Below are positions 17,509 through 27,457 of a DNA stretch of 43,909 nt, piece after piece. Within the stretch, counting starts at the first letter, position 1. Every line of letters begins with the position of its first letter. Source of the stretch: a virus (lineage: Duplodnaviria > Caudoviricetes); the IMG/VR virus record IMGVR_UViG_3300022309_000002, positions 1-43,909 of that record. One strand, written 5' to 3'. The notes beneath the pieces were generated by a model, which saw only the letters and a list, made by a program, of their open reading frames with translations, ran no database searches and had not been told where the DNA came from. The translations under genes were made by a program, and so were the position numbers.

Positions 17509-19719
17509 ATGGCTGAGAATAGGGAATTAGCCCTCGTTCTTCGACTGGTTGCCGACGAGTTTAAGAATGAACTCCGCAGTTCGCAGGGGGCGCTCTCCGG
17601 GTTCAACGATTTCATTAAGGACTGGCGCACGCAGCTGACGATAGCCGGGACGGCGCTGTTTGCCATTGCGAAGAGCACGGCGAACTTTGGCGAAGAAGCC
17701 CTCAAAGGGGCGCAGAGGGCCGGGACGACGGTTGCAGCCTATACGGCCTTGGCGCACGCGGCGAATATGGCGGATCTCGAAGGCCAGCAGCTGACGGTGG
17801 CCATGAAGGGGCTCTCGCAGTCGATTGCTGAGGCATCGCGTGGCAGCGGAGAAGGCGCGAAGCTCTTTACCGGCCTTGGGGTGTCGGCCACAACGGCGAG
17901 CGGGCAGGTCAGACCGACGGTGGATGTCTTGCTCGAACTGGCCGATGTCTTTTCAAAGATGCCGGATGGGGCGCTGAAGGCCGACGCGGCGGTCAGGCTT
18001 TTCGGACAATCAGGGCTCAACATGATTCCGTTTCTCAATCAGGGGAAGGCCGGGATCAGTGAGTTGATGCGCGAGGCCCAGCGGCTTGGTGTGGTGATGT
18101 CGAAGGATACCGCGCTCGCGGCCTCCAAGTTCAACGATGAAATCAAGAAGCTGGAGGCATCCGCGCAAGGGTTCAAGTTGGCCATCGGGAAGGAACTGAT
18201 CGGGCCGCTCACGCAGCTGATGCAATCGATGGGTGATGCCGCGACCGGCCCAGTGAGTAAAGTGTTCAAGTTGGAAATGCAGGGGCTCGCCTCTATTTTT
18301 ACGTTGCTGGGGCATGGGTTGAAAGAGCTGTCGATGGAGCTGGATATATTCTTCAAGAAGATGGGCGCCAGCGCGTCGATGAAGAAGTTTTGGGATGATG
18401 TACTCGTGCAGAGCCGGAAGAATCTCGATCAACAAACGGATAAGCGGCTCCATCAGATTTTCCAGGATCAGCTCGGCGCAGTGGGCGGGGGGGAATCGCC
18501 CAAGCCATCTGGTGGCCGGGATGTCTTCATGGGCGCGACGGTGCCGGTGTTGGCGGATCAGGAGAAGCTCGGCAAGGCCAAGCTGGAAATCTTCTTGGCG
18601 CAGAATCGGGCGCTGGAGATTCAGGCGAAGCTCGCGCGCGAGGCGGCGGCGGGACCGAATGAATTGTTTCTGGCCTTCGATCGTCAAGCGCAATTCAAGA
18701 AAGAAGATGAGGCGGAGCAGGCGCGGCGTGGCCAGGCGATCGTGCAACGGACGCAGTTTGAAGTGCAGCTCCGCGATCAGGCGGCGGCCCGTGAGCGGGA
18801 GTCGCTCGTCAAGAATGCGCAAGCGTGGGTTGACTACGGCAATCAGGTCGGGGCGTCGATGGAAGCGATGTACGACGGTCAGATGGAGTTGCTGCGGGCG
18901 AGCCTGGCCAATCAATTGCAGCTCACGACGGAGGAATCTGGGAGGCTCCTGATCGCCTGGCAGAATCATGACTCGCAGTTGCAGGAGCAGATTCTCAACC
19001 GCACCACCCTGACCGCCCAGGAACGGGAAACGGTGGAGATTCAGTCCCTCACAAAGCTCGCGGCGATCAATCAGCAATACTCTGGCGATATCTTCCAGGG
19101 GTGGGCACTCGGCCTGCAGAGGTATGTGCAGGACACCCAATCGGCCTTTGGCATGGGGGCGCAGATGGCGCAGCGGACGGCGCAGTTTATGGAGCAGAGC
19201 TTTCGGCAGTTCTTCTTTGATGTGATGGATAATAAAATTAAGTCGCTGAAAGATTTGTTTTCGAGCTTCGCCAACTTTGCGAAGCAGATCATTGCCCAAG
19301 TGATGGCGCAGTTGGCGACGGCCGTTGCACTGAAGGCGCTCACGGGCGGGTTTGGTGGGATTGGTGGAGGGATGTCTGAGCTGTTCGGTGGCCTCGGTGG
19401 TAGGAATGTCTCTGGCATCGATGTGGGGGCGATGAAGTTTGCGAGCGGGGGCATGGTGCTCGGGGCAGGGAATCAGGATACTGTTCGCGCGATGTTGACA
19501 CCTGGCGAGGGTGTGTTGAATCGGCACGGGATGCAGGCGCTCGCGAAGTTGAACGACGGTGGTGTGCAGACAGAGAGTCAACCCAACATTTCTATCAATA
19601 TCGTGAATTCCGGGCGCACCGATGCGCCGCAGGTGAATTACCGCCGGCAGCTGAAGGGCATGATCGTGGATATCATTTACCGCGATCCGGATCTTCGGCA
19701 GGCGTTTGGAGGGGCATAA
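17509..19719 (+). CDS. Tail tape measure protein
   Basis: Helical, Ala-rich; LFGQSG...IPFLNQG; lambda-type C-terminus FASGGMV...AMLTPGEGVL. Confidence 0.92.
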   Translation: MAENRELALVLRLVADEFKNELRSSQGALSGFNDFIKDWRTQLTIAGTALFAIAKSTANFGEEALKGAQRAGTTVAAYTALAHAANMADLEGQQLTVAMKGLSQSIAEASRGSGEGAKLFTGLGVSATTASGQVRPTVDVLLELADVFSKMPDGALKADAAVRLFGQSGLNMIPFLNQGKAGISELMREAQRLGVVMSKDTALAASKFNDEIKKLEASAQGFKLAIGKELIGPLTQLMQSMGDAATGPVSKVFKLEMQGLASIFTLLGHGLKELSMELDIFFKKMGASASMKKFWDDVLVQSRKNLDQQTDKRLHQIFQDQLGAVGGGESPKPSGGRDVFMGATVPVLADQEKLGKAKLEIFLAQNRALEIQAKLAREAAAGPNELFLAFDRQAQFKKEDEAEQARRGQAIVQRTQFEVQLRDQAAARERESLVKNAQAWVDYGNQVGASMEAMYDGQMELLRASLANQLQLTTEESGRLLIAWQNHDSQLQEQILNRTTLTAQERETVEIQSLTKLAAINQQYSGDIFQGWALGLQRYVQDTQSAFGMGAQMAQRTAQFMEQSFRQFFFDVMDNKIKSLKDLFSSFANFAKQIIAQVMAQLATAVALKALTGGFGGIGGGMSELFGGLGGRNVSGIDVGAMKFASGGMVLGAGNQDTVRAMLTPGEGVLNRHGMQALAKLNDGGVQTESQPNISINIVNSGRTDAPQVNYRRQLKGMIVDIIYRDPDLRQAFGGA

Positions 19720-20088
19720 ATGGCAGCCTATCCATCCATCGCGATTGCGCCTGATAGCTTCGTGGAGATCCCGCGTGCCTATCAGGTGGTGCGGACTGGC
19801 TACGAGGCGGGGTACGCGCAGACGCGGGCCAAGAGCACCACGGCGCCACGGGCGTTTCAGTTTCTGCATCAAGGCGTCCCGGCTGCCGATCGCACGACGT
19901 GGCTGGCCTTTTGGGATGCGCGGAAGGGCGGAGCGGAGGCGTTCGACTTTACGCATCCGATCACGGCGGAGGTGGTCTCCTGCCGGTTCAAACATGATGC
20001 GAGCAATCCGCCTCCGGTGAAATTATTGGGATCTGTCGGCACGGCGCACTACAACATCGGGCCGATCGAGGTCGAGGAAGCGCTATGA
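19720..20088 (+). CDS. Distal tail / minor tail protein (gpM-like)
   Basis: Follows the tape measure gene; FWDARKGGAEAFDFTHP. Confidence 0.8.
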   Translation: MAAYPSIAIAPDSFVEIPRAYQVVRTGYEAGYAQTRAKSTTAPRAFQFLHQGVPAADRTTWLAFWDARKGGAEAFDFTHPITAEVVSCRFKHDASNPPPVKLLGSVGTAHYNIGPIEVEEAL

Positions 20089-20705
20089 GGCAACTGACTG
20101 CCAGCTTAGTCGCTGAAAAAAACAAACTGGCGATGGTCTCGGCCTGGTTGCCGTTGATTACGGTGGAGGTGAACGCCTCGACCACGCTGCGGCTGGTGCC
20201 GAATCCCACGACGGTGACGTTCGATGGGCAGAACTACGCGCCGTTCGGCTGTGAGATCGAAGAGCTCTCACAGGATGCGAAGGGGGGGCTCCATGACGTA
20301 TCGGTATCAGTTTCAAACGTGACGCGCGAAATCAGTGCGTATGTGGAATTCAACGAACTGCGCGGCGCGCGGGTCTCGATCAAATATGTGAACTCCGCTA
20401 ACCTGGCTGACCCTGATGCCGTGGTGCTGGACGAGCGGTATGAGATTATGAGCATCCAGGTGAAGGGGGCGCAGTTTGTCACGTTCATTCTTGGCCATGA
20501 TCGGATCTCGCACCATCAGTTCCCGTCCGGTCGGTTCTTCCGGGATAGCTGCCGGTGGATTTACAAGAGCGCGGAGTGCGGCTACGTAGGCGGACTGGCA
20601 ACGTGCAGCAAAATCTTAGAAGGGTCGAACGGGTGCCGAGCGCATGCGAACGTACCGCGATTCGGTGGGTTTCCCTTGTTGTCTCCGCAGTCGGGGAGGT
20701 TGTGA
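20085..20705 (+). CDS. Tail tip protein (gpL-like)
   Basis: C-terminal four-Cys motif CRWIYKSAECGY...CSKILEG...C...RFGGFP. Confidence 0.85.
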   Translation: MRQLTASLVAEKNKLAMVSAWLPLITVEVNASTTLRLVPNPTTVTFDGQNYAPFGCEIEELSQDAKGGLHDVSVSVSNVTREISAYVEFNELRGARVSIKYVNSANLADPDAVVLDERYEIMSIQVKGAQFVTFILGHDRISHHQFPSGRFFRDSCRWIYKSAECGYVGGLATCSKILEGSNGCRAHANVPRFGGFPLLSPQSGRL

Positions 20706-21085
20706 TGGTGCCGGTCGAGGATCTGCTCGGCATGCCCTATCAGATCGGGGCGAGGTTGCCAGGGACGGCAACCGACTGCTTCGGGCTGGTGGTCGAATGT
20801 TGCCGACGGGCCGGGCGTCCGATTCCCGATCCCTTCGTCTCGGCTGAGGTGCCGACGGACGTGAAACGGTGGATTGCCGAGCGGTTGGGTGGATGGAGGC
20901 GGTGCGAGCAGCCGGTGCCGGGCGGCGTCGTGGAATTTCGCAGTGGCGAGGCGGTCGGGCATATCGGCTATCTGCTCACCGAGGTGGAGTTTCTCCATAG
21001 TTTGCGCACGACCGGCGCGGTGATCAGCCGGGTGGATCGTGAGCCGTGGCGTGAGCGCATTATAGGGTTTTATGTCTACGAGTGA
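20705..21085 (+). CDS. NlpC/P60 tail tip assembly protein (gpK-like)
   Basis: LLGMPY...DCFGLV...HIG...FLHS. Confidence 0.85.
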   Translation: MVPVEDLLGMPYQIGARLPGTATDCFGLVVECCRRAGRPIPDPFVSAEVPTDVKRWIAERLGGWRRCEQPVPGGVVEFRSGEAVGHIGYLLTEVEFLHSLRTTGAVISRVDREPWRERIIGFYVYE

Positions 21086-24000
21086 CATCATACGCCTCTG
21101 TCAACTAATCTTCATCCGTGATCCGCTCCAGCCAGATCGCTCGCGGGAGATGCTGCCGTGCCCTGCCGGAAGGTGGTTGAGTGAGGCTGTGCCGGCGGAT
21201 TGCCATGTAGGCGACTGGGTGGCGGTGGACGGTGGGCGCGTGCTCGCTCGGCAGGAGTGGGACACGCATATCCTGGTGCCTGGTGCGGAAATCGTGCTGT
21301 ATCCGCGCTTGCGCGGCACGATCGGGAAAATTGTCTCCGGGGTGGTCTTTCCGCCGCTAGGCGTCTATTGGGCGCTCCGGCACGTCGGGATGCCTACGTG
21401 GGCCTCCGGGCTGTTGACTGGTGGGCTCGTCGGGATGCAGGCGTTTCCAACCATCGAGAATATGATGGCGGGACGGCCCACGGCGGCGAATGTGCCGACC
21501 AGCTCCAGTGATCTGCAATCATCGAACACCTATGGATTCAGTGGGATCACCAACGGCACGCGCATCGGTGCGCCGATTCCGGTGGTATACGGCGAGCATC
21601 GTGTCGGCGGGCAGTTGATTGCAGCCCAAGTCAAGACGGAATCGAATAATGATGTGTTGAATCTGCTGTATGCCGTATCGGAAGGCGAGGTGTTGGCCAT
21701 CGGGAGTGTGCACATGAACCAACAGCCTGTCGAGAACTTCTCAGGCGTGTCGCTTGAGGCGCGCACTGGCCTGATTACACAATCCCCCATCACGTTGTTT
21801 GACGACAAGGCGGGAGTGACATACGATGCTGATGCGCTCCTCACGACGAGTTTTATTACCTATACGACGATCGGGTCAAATATCAATGCCGTCGAAGTCA
21901 AGCTCACCTTTCCAGGTGGGTTGTTTCTGATCAACGACAACGGTGATTTTGCGGGAACCGATGTATTTATCGAAGTGGATTATAAATTGAGCGCGTTCGG
22001 GACATGGACGACGGGGCCACGGCAGCGGATTCGGAAGCACACGCGCACCGTGATCCGTGAGACGATCCGAGTGGACAGCTTGCCGAGTGGACAGTATGAC
22101 ATCCGCGTGCGGCGCACCACTGCAGAAAGTACGTCCACAAAGCGGGTGGATACGGTGAGGCGCGAGGCGATCACGGAGCTGGTGAACGACAACTACACGT
22201 ATCCGCACACGGCGCTGTTAGCTGTGCGGGCTGTGGCTACGAATCAACTGAGCGGCGGCTTGCCGCGAGTAACCTGTCTCTTGCATGGTGTGCGCGTCAA
22301 GGGGTGGAGTACCGAGCTCCTGTATCAGGAGGTCTATAGCCGGAACCCTGCCTGGGTCGTGTTCGATATGTTGACCAACGAGCGGTATGGGCATGGACGG
22401 TTTACCTGGAAGAAACTGCACGAGGCGGGAACGCTGTCGGTGACGAATGGCTCGGTGAATTTTACCGGATCTGGCACCGGCTGGACGGCCTCGACGTTGC
22501 GTAAGGGAGACGTGCTGCATGTGCCATCTCTGCAGGCGATCGGGATCGTGGCCACAATCAACTATGGCGCGCAAAGTGGAACATTGGCGCAGGCGTGGAC
22601 TGGCAGTACACAGGCCGGGGCCGTCTATGCAGTGCGGTCGAACGATCTGGACATACAGAGCTTTCTGGACTGGGCCGTTTTCTGCGATGAGCTGGTGCCC
22701 AATGGCATTGGCGGCACAGAGCCGCGCGCGACCTGCGATTTCGTCTTCGATGCCGATCGAGAGAATATCTGGGCGGCGGTGCAACGGATCTGCCTGATCG
22801 GCCAGGCTTCGCCGATCAAGAGCGGCAGCTACATCCGCATCAAGATTGAAAAGCCATCTGTTCCTGTCCAGCTCTTCACTATGGCGAATATCACGGCAGA
22901 CTCGTTTGAGGAAATTTTCCTATCCTTGAAGGATCGATCCAATATCTTCGAGGTACAGTATCTCAACGCTAGCAATGGCTACGCGCAAGACATGATCGTG
23001 CTGGAAGATGCGCTCCTCACGACGAATTCCGAGCAGCCGCGCCGGAAGACGATCAGCGGGTATGGAATCACTCGCAGTTCGCATGCGGCGCGGCTGGCGC
23101 GGTTTAATCAAAAGGTAAACCGCTACGTCACGCGGACCATTACCTTTGAGGCGGCGCTGGATGCGGTGGCGTGTGAGCCTGGGGATGTCATCCGGTTTCA
23201 ACATGATATTCCGCAATGGGGGTTTGGCGGTCGGGCATTGGCTGGATCATCCAGTACGACAATCGTGCTGGATCGATCGGTGACAATCGAAACGGCAAAA
23301 ACCTACGAAATCCTGGTGCGGCACGATGATGATACGGTGGAAACCGCGACGGTGACGACACCGCCCGGTACGGTCTCCACCTTGGCGATCTCAGGATCGT
23401 GGGAAGTCACGCCAGTCAAGGGCGAGGTGTGGGCATTTGGCGAGACGCTCATCAGTACGAAACCGTTTCGCATCATGTCGATCGAGCGGACACAGGACCT
23501 CGCTGTGCGTATCACCGCCGTGGAGTATAACGCGGCAGTCTACGATGACTCAGCCGTGTCTGAAACGAATCAAGTGCAATACAGTGCCTTGGAGGACATG
23601 ACGGGGCCTCCAAAAAACGTGAAGGATTTGACGATGCTGGAGCAAATCGATGCGACGCAATCGATATGGGTCTCGTGGTCGCCACCCGGCTCGCCGCATT
23701 ACAAGGCGGGGCGCGTGTATCGCACCGACAGCAACGGGACGAATGTGTTGCTCGGTGAATCGGCGACCGGGGCCTTTCCCATCAGTGGCATTCCGTCAGG
23801 CGAGGTGGTGCGCGTGTTGGTCACGAGTGTTTCGACGGCTGGTGTGGAAAGCAGCGTGCTGACGGCGCCGACTGCCGAGATCGTGCGGGGCATTCTCAAT
23901 CCGCCGGATGTGCAAGCGCTGGTGCTCGAAGGGGAGCGGCTGCGGTGGGACTACACCCCGCCTGCCGACCATGCGGGGTTTCTCGTGCGGTTCAGGCCAG

Positions 24001-24908
24001 GCAATTCGACCGACTGGGAGGCAGCCACGCCGGCGCATGAGTCGGTGCTGCGCGTGACGGACTTTCAGATTTTTAAACGCACCGGCACACAGACGTATTT
24101 GGTGAAAGCGGTGGATGTGGCGGGCAATCAAAGTCTCACCGCAAAGGCGCTCACGGTCGTGTACGACGGGGTGATTATCGATAACATTGTGTTGACCGAC
24201 GATCATCGTGCCCTCGGCTGGCCTGGGACGATCACGGATGGCTCGATTATCAGTGGGGATATTAAAGCGGACGCGAGCGCCGTCTTTTGGACGGAGGATT
24301 CTGCGCCGATGTGGTCGCCATCGTCGCTAACGCTCATGTGGACGGCGGCATTCAGCCGCATGACCTACGAGTTCACCGTGGAGCCGACGAGCGCTCAGTT
24401 GGATGCGATGCTGAAATTGCAGATAACCATGGCGGGGCTGTGGTCGATCGAGTACCAGGCCGACTCCAGTGCGGTCATGTGGCAGAGCGACGCCACCGCA
24501 CTGATGTGGGGCAGCGCCGATGTCGCCATGTGGAGCGCGGTGGGCCCCTACATGCAATGGCCTGGGCAGATCGATCATCTCCGACGGCAGCCGTACAAGA
24601 TCCGGGTTATCGGCTATGCCGGGACGGTGCAGGCCGTGCTGCAAGAACTAAGTGTAATTTTTGATGTTCCGGATCTTCTGGAGACGATCAACGCTGCGGC
24701 GATCTCGGCGCTCGGCACGCGGCTGGCGCTCACGAAAAGCTATCGCGAAATTATCTCGGTGCGCACCATGCTGCTCGATGACGCGGGGGCGGCGGCGTAT
24801 GCCAAAGTGATGGACAAAAACGCGGCCTTGGGGCCGCTGGTGAAAGTGTTCGACAAAGATGGCGTGGCCACGACTGGCCTAGTGGATGCAATCGTGCACG
24901 GATACTGA
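21072..24908 (+). CDS. Central tail fibre / host specificity protein (gpI+gpJ-like fusion)
   Basis: Ubiquitin-like N-terminus, PIPVVYGEHRVGG, NPAWV, PGDVI, ITAVEYN, FN3 repeats. Confidence 0.9.
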   Translation: MSTSDIIRLCQLIFIRDPLQPDRSREMLPCPAGRWLSEAVPADCHVGDWVAVDGGRVLARQEWDTHILVPGAEIVLYPRLRGTIGKIVSGVVFPPLGVYWALRHVGMPTWASGLLTGGLVGMQAFPTIENMMAGRPTAANVPTSSSDLQSSNTYGFSGITNGTRIGAPIPVVYGEHRVGGQLIAAQVKTESNNDVLNLLYAVSEGEVLAIGSVHMNQQPVENFSGVSLEARTGLITQSPITLFDDKAGVTYDADALLTTSFITYTTIGSNINAVEVKLTFPGGLFLINDNGDFAGTDVFIEVDYKLSAFGTWTTGPRQRIRKHTRTVIRETIRVDSLPSGQYDIRVRRTTAESTSTKRVDTVRREAITELVNDNYTYPHTALLAVRAVATNQLSGGLPRVTCLLHGVRVKGWSTELLYQEVYSRNPAWVVFDMLTNERYGHGRFTWKKLHEAGTLSVTNGSVNFTGSGTGWTASTLRKGDVLHVPSLQAIGIVATINYGAQSGTLAQAWTGSTQAGAVYAVRSNDLDIQSFLDWAVFCDELVPNGIGGTEPRATCDFVFDADRENIWAAVQRICLIGQASPIKSGSYIRIKIEKPSVPVQLFTMANITADSFEEIFLSLKDRSNIFEVQYLNASNGYAQDMIVLEDALLTTNSEQPRRKTISGYGITRSSHAARLARFNQKVNRYVTRTITFEAALDAVACEPGDVIRFQHDIPQWGFGGRALAGSSSTTIVLDRSVTIETAKTYEILVRHDDDTVETATVTTPPGTVSTLAISGSWEVTPVKGEVWAFGETLISTKPFRIMSIERTQDLAVRITAVEYNAAVYDDSAVSETNQVQYSALEDMTGPPKNVKDLTMLEQIDATQSIWVSWSPPGSPHYKAGRVYRTDSNGTNVLLGESATGAFPISGIPSGEVVRVLVTSVSTAGVESSVLTAPTAEIVRGILNPPDVQALVLEGERLRWDYTPPADHAGFLVRFRPGNSTDWEAATPAHESVLRVTDFQIFKRTGTQTYLVKAVDVAGNQSLTAKALTVVYDGVIIDNIVLTDDHRALGWPGTITDGSIISGDIKADASAVFWTEDSAPMWSPSSLTLMWTAAFSRMTYEFTVEPTSAQLDAMLKLQITMAGLWSIEYQADSSAVMWQSDATALMWGSADVAMWSAVGPYMQWPGQIDHLRRQPYKIRVIGYAGTVQAVLQELSVIFDVPDLLETINAAAISALGTRLALTKSYREIISVRTMLLDDAGAAAYAKVMDKNAALGPLVKVFDKDGVATTGLVDAIVHGY

Positions 24909-24920
24909 GGAGGTTTTCTC

Positions 24921-25958
24921 ATGGCAACATTACCTGCAGTGAATTATTTAACAGACAACGCCAGGACCGAGGGAGAGTTCAAGGCTGGCTTAGAGGCAAT
25001 GCTCGCCGCGACGAAGCAGATCCCTGGCGCGGGGGCGGCGGATCTGGCGGTGACGATTGCGGCAGGGTCCATCACGCCTGCGGGCAGCGGCGGGGTGCTC
25101 GTGGTTGAAACGGAGTCGTTGGCCGCGTCCGACGATCTGGCGAACATCATCCAAACGAACTATCCTGACGGCTCGCTCTTGCTTCTCCGAAACAACAATG
25201 CCGCGCGATTCGTGGTGGTGAAGCATGCGGCCACTGGATCGGGGCAGATCTTGCTGGATCGGAGCGCGGATTACGTGCTCGACGATACGAAGAAATATCT
25301 GCTAATCCAGCGGCGCGGGACGGATTGGTATGAAGTAGATCGCTCTCCGGCTCGTCTGACGATGCCGGTGGTGACGAAGTCCACGACCTTTACTATTGCC
25401 AAAGAGCATCACGGCCACTTGCTGCTCTGTACGGGGGCCGGGATGACCATCAATGTGCCAGCCGCCGCCACGTTGGGAAATGGGTTTACGGCGGCCATCG
25501 TCAACGGCAATACGCTGGATAACGCGATCGTGGTCGATATGAACGGAACGGAAACGCTCAATGGGTTTGGGATCTGGAACATGTTGAAAGGTGAGGGTGT
25601 ACTGTTCGCCTCTGACGGGACGAATTTCCATAGCCCAGACGGCATCACACGGCAGCGTATACGCGCGCTGGCGTACAGTACAACCATCAATATCACCGCG
25701 CTGGCGTCAGCATATTATGAGGTGGGCGCGTTAACTGGGAATGTCACGACGCTCGATATGGGGAACCCCTATATCGGGCAGCATGTGAGAATTCGGTTTT
25801 ACCAGGACGCCACTGGCGGGAGGACTGTTGCCAATCCGGCAGGATCGAAAGTGGCTGGGAGTTTGGCCTCGGCGGCCAATCAGGCCTCTATTTTGGATTT
25901 AACCTACTCTTCCCAAGCATTGCGCTGGGAGGGATTCTGGACGCAGATTCCGGTGTAG
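24921..25958 (+). CDS. Tail fibre / receptor-binding related protein
   Basis: Follows gpJ; fibre-type motifs (PAAATLGNGF, QDATGGRT). Confidence 0.7.
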   Translation: MATLPAVNYLTDNARTEGEFKAGLEAMLAATKQIPGAGAADLAVTIAAGSITPAGSGGVLVVETESLAASDDLANIIQTNYPDGSLLLLRNNNAARFVVVKHAATGSGQILLDRSADYVLDDTKKYLLIQRRGTDWYEVDRSPARLTMPVVTKSTTFTIAKEHHGHLLLCTGAGMTINVPAAATLGNGFTAAIVNGNTLDNAIVVDMNGTETLNGFGIWNMLKGEGVLFASDGTNFHSPDGITRQRIRALAYSTTINITALASAYYEVGALTGNVTTLDMGNPYIGQHVRIRFYQDATGGRTVANPAGSKVAGSLASAANQASILDLTYSSQALRWEGFWTQIPV

Positions 25959-25961
25959 GGG

Positions 25962-26204
25962 ATGGGTATGCCGTGTGCGCGATGTCATGGGCTGATGGTG
26001 GAGCGGCCCTGCTGGGAGCGGGACTCCTGGCAGGTGTCGCTTCGATGGGCGAGGCCGGTCATGATGTGGAGTTGCCTGAATTGCGGGAACTGTCTCGATC
26101 GGACCATCGCATTCCATCAGCATGCGCAGAGAGAGGAGATGGCCTCGGCACGACATCAGCATATTTGGGACGAAATCCGGCAACAGGTGCAAGCGGTGGC
26201 GTGA
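25962..26204 (+). CDS. Small Zn-ribbon protein
   Basis: CARCHGLMV...WSCLNCGNCLD. Confidence 0.7.
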   Translation: MGMPCARCHGLMVERPCWERDSWQVSLRWARPVMMWSCLNCGNCLDRTIAFHQHAQREEMASARHQHIWDEIRQQVQAVA

Positions 26205-26228
26205 TGAATCAGCGCACGGGGGGATGGA

Positions 26229-26402
26229 ATGGTCATCCAATACTGGCAAACGCAGTGTAAAGCGTGTGGTCGGCCGTTAGAGAAAGAAACGCTCGCGACG
26301 CCGTGGAAATGTTGGGGATGCGACTGGTCTACAGAGGACCTTAGCCGAAACCATCGCTGGGACGGGGTGAGTCAACGCCCAAAGGGGAGCATTGATGAGT
26401 GA
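26229..26402 (+). CDS. Small Zn-ribbon protein (57 aa, not in the ORF track)
   Basis: MVIQYWQTQCKACGRPL...WKCWGCDW; overlaps the endolysin start. Confidence 0.55.
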   Translation: MVIQYWQTQCKACGRPLEKETLATPWKCWGCDWSTEDLSRNHRWDGVSQRPKGSIDE

Positions 26403-26823
26403 AACCTTAGCCGAATTCATCGCCCGGCATGAGTGTAAGGGTGGCAAGCCGAATTTGAAGATGTACCTGGACACGCTCGGAATCGAAACGATTGGCTACG
26501 GGCACAATCTCCGCGATAAGCCGATCACGAAGAAGGCGGCGGATCAGATTTTCCTCGACGACCTCACCGATGTGCAACTCGAAGTCACGCACGCCTTCCC
26601 CTGGTACGCCGAACTCTCGCCGCCTCGGCAATGGGTGATTCTGGATATGGCGTTCAACCTCGGGCTGGCGGGCCTCAAGAAGTTTGCGAGGTTCTTGCAG
26701 GCGGTCGAGCTGGGCAATTACGACACGGCAGCGGATGAGATGCTCGATAGTGTATGGGCCAGACAAGTGAAGGGGCGGGCGTTGGAGTTAGCGCAGATGA
26801 TGCGTGGATCGGAGTATGCGTGA
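26395..26823 (+). CDS. Endolysin, GH24 (T4 lysozyme-like)
   Basis: RHE...YLDT...TIGYGHNL; DMAFNLG; EMLDSVWARQVKGRA. Confidence 0.92.
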   Translation: MSETLAEFIARHECKGGKPNLKMYLDTLGIETIGYGHNLRDKPITKKAADQIFLDDLTDVQLEVTHAFPWYAELSPPRQWVILDMAFNLGLAGLKKFARFLQAVELGNYDTAADEMLDSVWARQVKGRALELAQMMRGSEYA

Positions 26824-27107
26824 ACGACCAACATGGGTTCTGGTGGGATGTGATTGAGGCCCTGTCTAAAGGAATTGCCCTACTCCTGGCAGCAGGGTTT
26901 GGCTGGCTCACACGGAAATTCACGTCCGTGGAGGCGCGTATGGATAGCATGGAAAAAGACCTGCGTGAACGGACTCAGACCGCCACGACCAACATTGCTG
27001 TGCTGCAATCCTATCACGTTGCCAATACGCACCGCTTATCAGCGATCGAAGCCACCACGCAGCGCATGGACGCGAAATTGGATCGATTGATTGAGAGGGG
27101 CAAATGA
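26820..27107 (+). CDS. Membrane protein with coiled coil (holin/antiholin-like)
   Basis: GTG start; one TM segment; ends MDAKLDRLIER. Confidence 0.6.
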   Translation: MNDQHGFWWDVIEALSKGIALLLAAGFGWLTRKFTSVEARMDSMEKDLRERTQTATTNIAVLQSYHVANTHRLSAIEATTQRMDAKLDRLIERGK

Positions 27108-27370
27108 GCGACGATCAAACCGACAAGAAACCATCCAAGTTTCATCACCCGCATTTCTGGATCTGCCTACTCCTGACGGCGGGGGAGTTCTGGGTTCTCT
27201 ACTTCGTCGTGACCTCCAGCATCCCGGAGGCCAATCAACGTATTGCCGACATGATGCTGGGGACGTATAGTACGGCTTGGCTGGGGTCGGTCGGGTACTG
27301 GTTTCAAACCACCTTTGGCAGTAACAACAAAACTGATCTGCTCGCCAAGGCGGAGCCGATCAAACTCTAA
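27104..27370 (+). CDS. Putative holin
   Basis: Two hydrophobic segments; YWF...GS..KT C-terminal motif; lysis cassette position. Confidence 0.65.
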   Translation: MSDDQTDKKPSKFHHPHFWICLLLTAGEFWVLYFVVTSSIPEANQRIADMMLGTYSTAWLGSVGYWFQTTFGSNNKTDLLAKAEPIKL

Positions 27371-27457
27371 CGGAGGGGCTATGAGAAGTGAGGTGGCACA
27401 GCAACCGATAGATTCATGCGCGGGTTCGAGCCTGTAACCGAAAGAAAGCGAAGCATC

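Noticed and set aside
18010-19995. 661-aa minus-strand ORF
   Set aside because: Antisense shadow of the tape measure gene in GC-rich DNA; His/Arg/Leu-rich, with no motifs.
21072-25958. Diversity-generating retroelement acting on tail fibres
   Set aside because: No reverse transcriptase ORF and no template/variable repeat pair noticed.
27385-27445. tRNA gene or attP
   Set aside because: Only a T-arm-like GGTTCGA is present; no complete cloverleaf and no integrase.
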